Positions 60,330 to 64,000 of a DNA stretch of 64,000 bases are shown in pieces (position 1 is the stretch's first letter; every line of letters begins with the position of its first letter). The stretch is from Haplodiscus bocki. Lineage: Eukaryota. The DNA is taken from NCBI GenBank assembly GCA_965655095.1, contig OZ296657.1, forward strand, positions 41,788,001 to 41,852,000. The letters are read 5' to 3'. The notes under the pieces are model-generated. The model had not been told where the DNA came from and searched no databases. It worked only from the letters and a program-made list of their open reading frames with translations. The position numbers were made by a program, and so were the translations under genes.

Positions 60330-60785
60330 GCAAGTGAGCTCTAACACACCTCACTTCAGTACAGTCATTTAATACCGCATTGATGTTATTGCTTAGAGTG
60401 AGCCGTACCACACCCTCACTCTGGTACACCATATTGACACAACTTAGTAGTTATAATCGAGAGTCATTCGAATAGTATATCACTCCAGTGCTATTCAGTT
60501 CACCATTATGAATCTTCATCATCGGAAGTCAGCTGTACAACACCTCACTCTAGCATTGAGCGGAACCAAACCCCATTCAGTTGCGATTAGATTGCAGAGC
60601 ATGAGAGGGTTCATTTTGAAGGTGAGCTCTACTAGACCTCATTCTAGTGCATTTTAGCTGTACAAGTGCAGTAACAACTTTGAAATGTGCTCAGACTTAA
60701 AGCATTATCGCTTCAAGTATGTAATCACGCAATGCTAAATAAACATGATAAATAAGAGAGAGCCCCACATAAGCTCACTCAAGTT
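60330..60785 (+). repeat. Degenerate ~65-bp tandem repeat with a GTGAG(N)nCTCAC core
   Basis: Cores at 60334, 60398, 60463, 60528, 60622 and ~60758. Confidence 0.6.
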
Positions 60786-63700
60786 AAGTGAGTAATTCAT
60801 GAGGAATCAGTATACCGCTTAAGTTAGTGTAGTAATTGTATGATACAGTTAATGAAGCTATGAAAACATCATCCGAGCGGTCATTTTAGTTCAGTAAAGT
60901 GTATTTCCAGGCGAAGCTTTAGAGACATCATGATCGGACAAACAATTCGTGCCAAATTGATGAAGTTAGTAGTTGTGAACGGGAGGTCTGATGAAATGCC
61001 CTGAAAAAATCACGTGACGTAATTGCGTCCGCAAATAAGCCTCAGTCACCTACCGTTACTGAACTAGAACAGATTTTCTTGCCTTCTGCTACGATCAACA
61101 ACGTCACTTTCACAGACTCTACTAAGTAAATACATAGCTTTCCAAACTTTTGAAATTCCAAAACACCGCTCGTAAAGAAACCTCAATCGTCAAAATAATT
61201 CAATTTTCATTGCTAAATCATTCTCTCCTTAGTTCAAGTCCATCGCAGTGAAAATCACTTTTTAAACACATGATATTCAACCCAATTGATTGAATTAGGA
61301 TATTTTCAAGAACCTGAAATAGACCATCAAGAGACTGAATTAACTTTCAGTGAGGATCACTCACCAGTCGGTAAAAGAGCAGATAAAGTTAACTATAAAG
61401 CCCACCCCTAACCAAGTCGAAAAATGTTGGCTGAACAAGACAACTTAAACTCCACTGGAAACAGAGAAGCTACCGGCTTCCGTCGAGATGGGATGCCAAC
61501 AAGCTCATCTGACAACCGGCATTAAAACGCATAACCAACAGAATGAAGCATCACTTCATTCGGATATCTCCCACTTTAAGAAGCTATGTAATAAAAATTG
61601 CAACTGTAGGTCACTGCGGTTTTGCAGTATGCTAACCAAGAACTCACACGATCCAAAATCATGTTGTTCCTCAAAAACTATTGGATATAACAGCAAAAAC
61701 AGGCCGAAATGCTCAAAATTGAACCCATTGGATACCACAATCGCCGAGATTGATACTTATACAATAATAAGATCAACCGTCAATCAACCATTTGAGCGAG
61801 AAATTCAAATCCAAGGTCATCCTAAAAAGCAAATAGTGTTTCAAATTAAAAGCTCTAAAAAAGCGCTAGTGATAAGAAGATTGTTCATAAGATTCACGAA
61901 GTTCTTTCCATTTTGAATCATTGGATGCAGTGGCAACTGATTAAAAGAAAAAGTCAAATAAGTCTAGACAACGTTTTTTTAGCCAGAAATGGGAGTTTTC
62001 AATTCTGAATATTTGCAGACGACACTTGAAAAAATTTGAACGAATCCGTAGTCTTGATAACTGATGTGAAAAATTTCTAAGAAATGTATAGCATATTTTT
62101 AGATTCTATCAAAAAGCCTGACTGTAAGAGTACCGTCGCAGGCTGCCACCTGTGACGGCCAGGTCTACACAGCTACACGGTAAACTATGACAACCCACAA
62201 CCAGGTACAAAAACCAACCTACTGCCTTTGTTTTAAGATTAAAATCATCAAAAATCCATTAAAATGTAAGCGCTGGACAAATTTCCACATGTTTTGCAGA
62301 ATACAGTATACCTACATATATAAACTTACGTATATTTATATATCTAGATACATTTTTTATTGGAGTGTAAAATCCATACTATTAGCAAAAGCGGTAGCGT
62401 CAATCAAGAAAGCAGTTTAAAAGAATGTTTACAGTACTTAACTGACGCACAAATACTGTACTGGAGCCTGATTGCTCAAAACAAAATAATTCAGCCAAAG
62501 TTCCGACCAACTAGCAGCACCTCTAGTGAGTGGTTAAAAGTTGGTCACAAAGACCTCATTTTGACCAGTTTGCTCAAAACAAGCGGTCGCATCCAATTAA
62601 AAGGACGAAAAACAGCATGACGAGGCTTTACGAACCAGAAATTGACCGCCCTTTTGGCCCAAAGGATTTACCAAATGTTTTGAGCTAATTTTTTTAGGAA
62701 TTTTCTATGGCAGCAAGGAGTCTGCAAAATGTTTGGCAAGGAGACACAATTTTTACCAGAAAAAACGTGATTATACAACTTTTTGTCAAAAAATGCAAAA
62801 ATGTGGTCTCCATAAATAATTGAATCTTATGAGCAACGCCAAATTAAGCGGTTCCGGCTTGTTGAATACTTAAGCGTTTTTGTTCATTTCATTTCACCAT
62901 GAGTAAAAATTGAGTTCCGGAATAAAAGCCATTTGAAAAATTCCATCAAAGTTGAATGGATTGCCCCTTTTTTGTTGAGAGTTCTCGTTCTGACTGATAT
63001 TTGGTTTCTTTCCACAGTAAAATTCAATTGCCTGAACAGCGGGCATATGACAATAAAGTAGTGATAAAAATAAACGCATCAAATCACAAATCTCAAATCC
63101 ACAGGATTTTTCAAAAATATCTCTTCTAAAAGTTTTGGAATTTATCTAATTTACAATCGTTTTTATTTGAAACGTCTACGGTCAGAATTAGCGAAGTTAC
63201 GAGTAGAAATGTTTGGACAATTTTGACAAATTTTCGATTCCTTCAAAAAAAAGTATTCCGGAAAAGTTTATTTTCAAAAAATTTCTTTGACCATCTTGAA
63301 ACCACTGATATGTTTTGAATCAATAGCTAATTTGAAATAGTAAAAGTATCGAGTTCCTAAAAATACGATTTTTGAATTTACATGTATTAACATAAAACGT
63401 TGATTGCCCCTAAAAACCACCATGCCACAAATATGAAAAATAAACCATTAGAACAGGATAAAACGGATGCAGCTAACGATGAATTAAAGAAACAAGCAAA
63501 TCAAAATCGGCATCGAAATCCAAGTCAGTTGTGCTACTCGCAGGCTCATTTGACGAAGCTTGCAATGAGTCCGTCATTTAGCGTCAAACAACACTGGAGT
63601 CTAAATCTCAGTCGAGTCTGATGACCCTCAGCTCACTCGAAACCCTTCCCAAATGCAACTGAAGGGGATAGATAATTCTGCAAATGTTTCACCCTAACCC

Positions 63701-64000
63701 GTGAACTTTAAATATCAGATCAACAACTTGCAAAGAATTACCAAATGCTTTCCGTCAGAAACTTTCAATTGCACGAAAGACCACATGTGAATCCTTCACG
63801 CTATCAGAGCCGGATTTAAAAAGTATGACGTAGAGTGGATGCCAAACTCTCATGTCTACTACAACTTAGCTTTAATTGAGAATATGCAAAAGGGAAATTG
63901 GGCCCCAGTGTTGCATAAAAATAACCGGGCCAGAAAATTTGCCAAACAAGATCCCAGAAGTTAATATGTTCAATCATTTTTGTCACTTTTGGATTATTAG

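Noticed and set aside
60330-60785. CRISPR array (palindromic repeat plus ~36-bp spacers)
   Set aside because: Repeats are too degenerate, the period is irregular, there are no cas genes and the context is eukaryotic.

Overview
Transposon-dense eukaryotic (animal-type) DNA with a 200-N gap at 43044-43243. No prokaryotic genes, rRNA, tRNA or CRISPR are supported. All alignments and counts were done by eye, and no database search was run. From left to right: (1) ~1-9.7 kb is decayed AT-rich sequence with a Gypsy gag scrap and relics of an old Polinton/Maverick (ATPase, adenain protease, minor capsid). (2) A degenerate Ty3/Gypsy LTR element at 9925-23176 has gag-pol plus a ~3.5-kb antisense gene that appears to contain introns. 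(3) Stacked AGTAGT Polinton ends lead into a near-complete but pseudogenised ~17-kb Polinton/Maverick (adintovirus-type, 24459-41419) with pPolB, packaging ATPase, integrase, penton, pVI-like protein and hexon. Its accessory region contains a signal-peptide + ErbB-ligand-type EGF gene (32524-32787) that the ORF track misses. (4) A second Polinton copy abuts it tail-to-tail and runs into the gap. (5) A second, divergent Gypsy element (~45.0-57.2 kb) carries a colinear homologue of the antisense gene. (6) A NERD-nuclease-like ORF and a degenerate 65-bp repeat follow. The best leads are the Polinton-borne secreted EGF-like growth factor, the antisense gene shared by two Gypsy lineages, and Polinton insertion into a 6-bp site (GTTGGG) of its own TIR.
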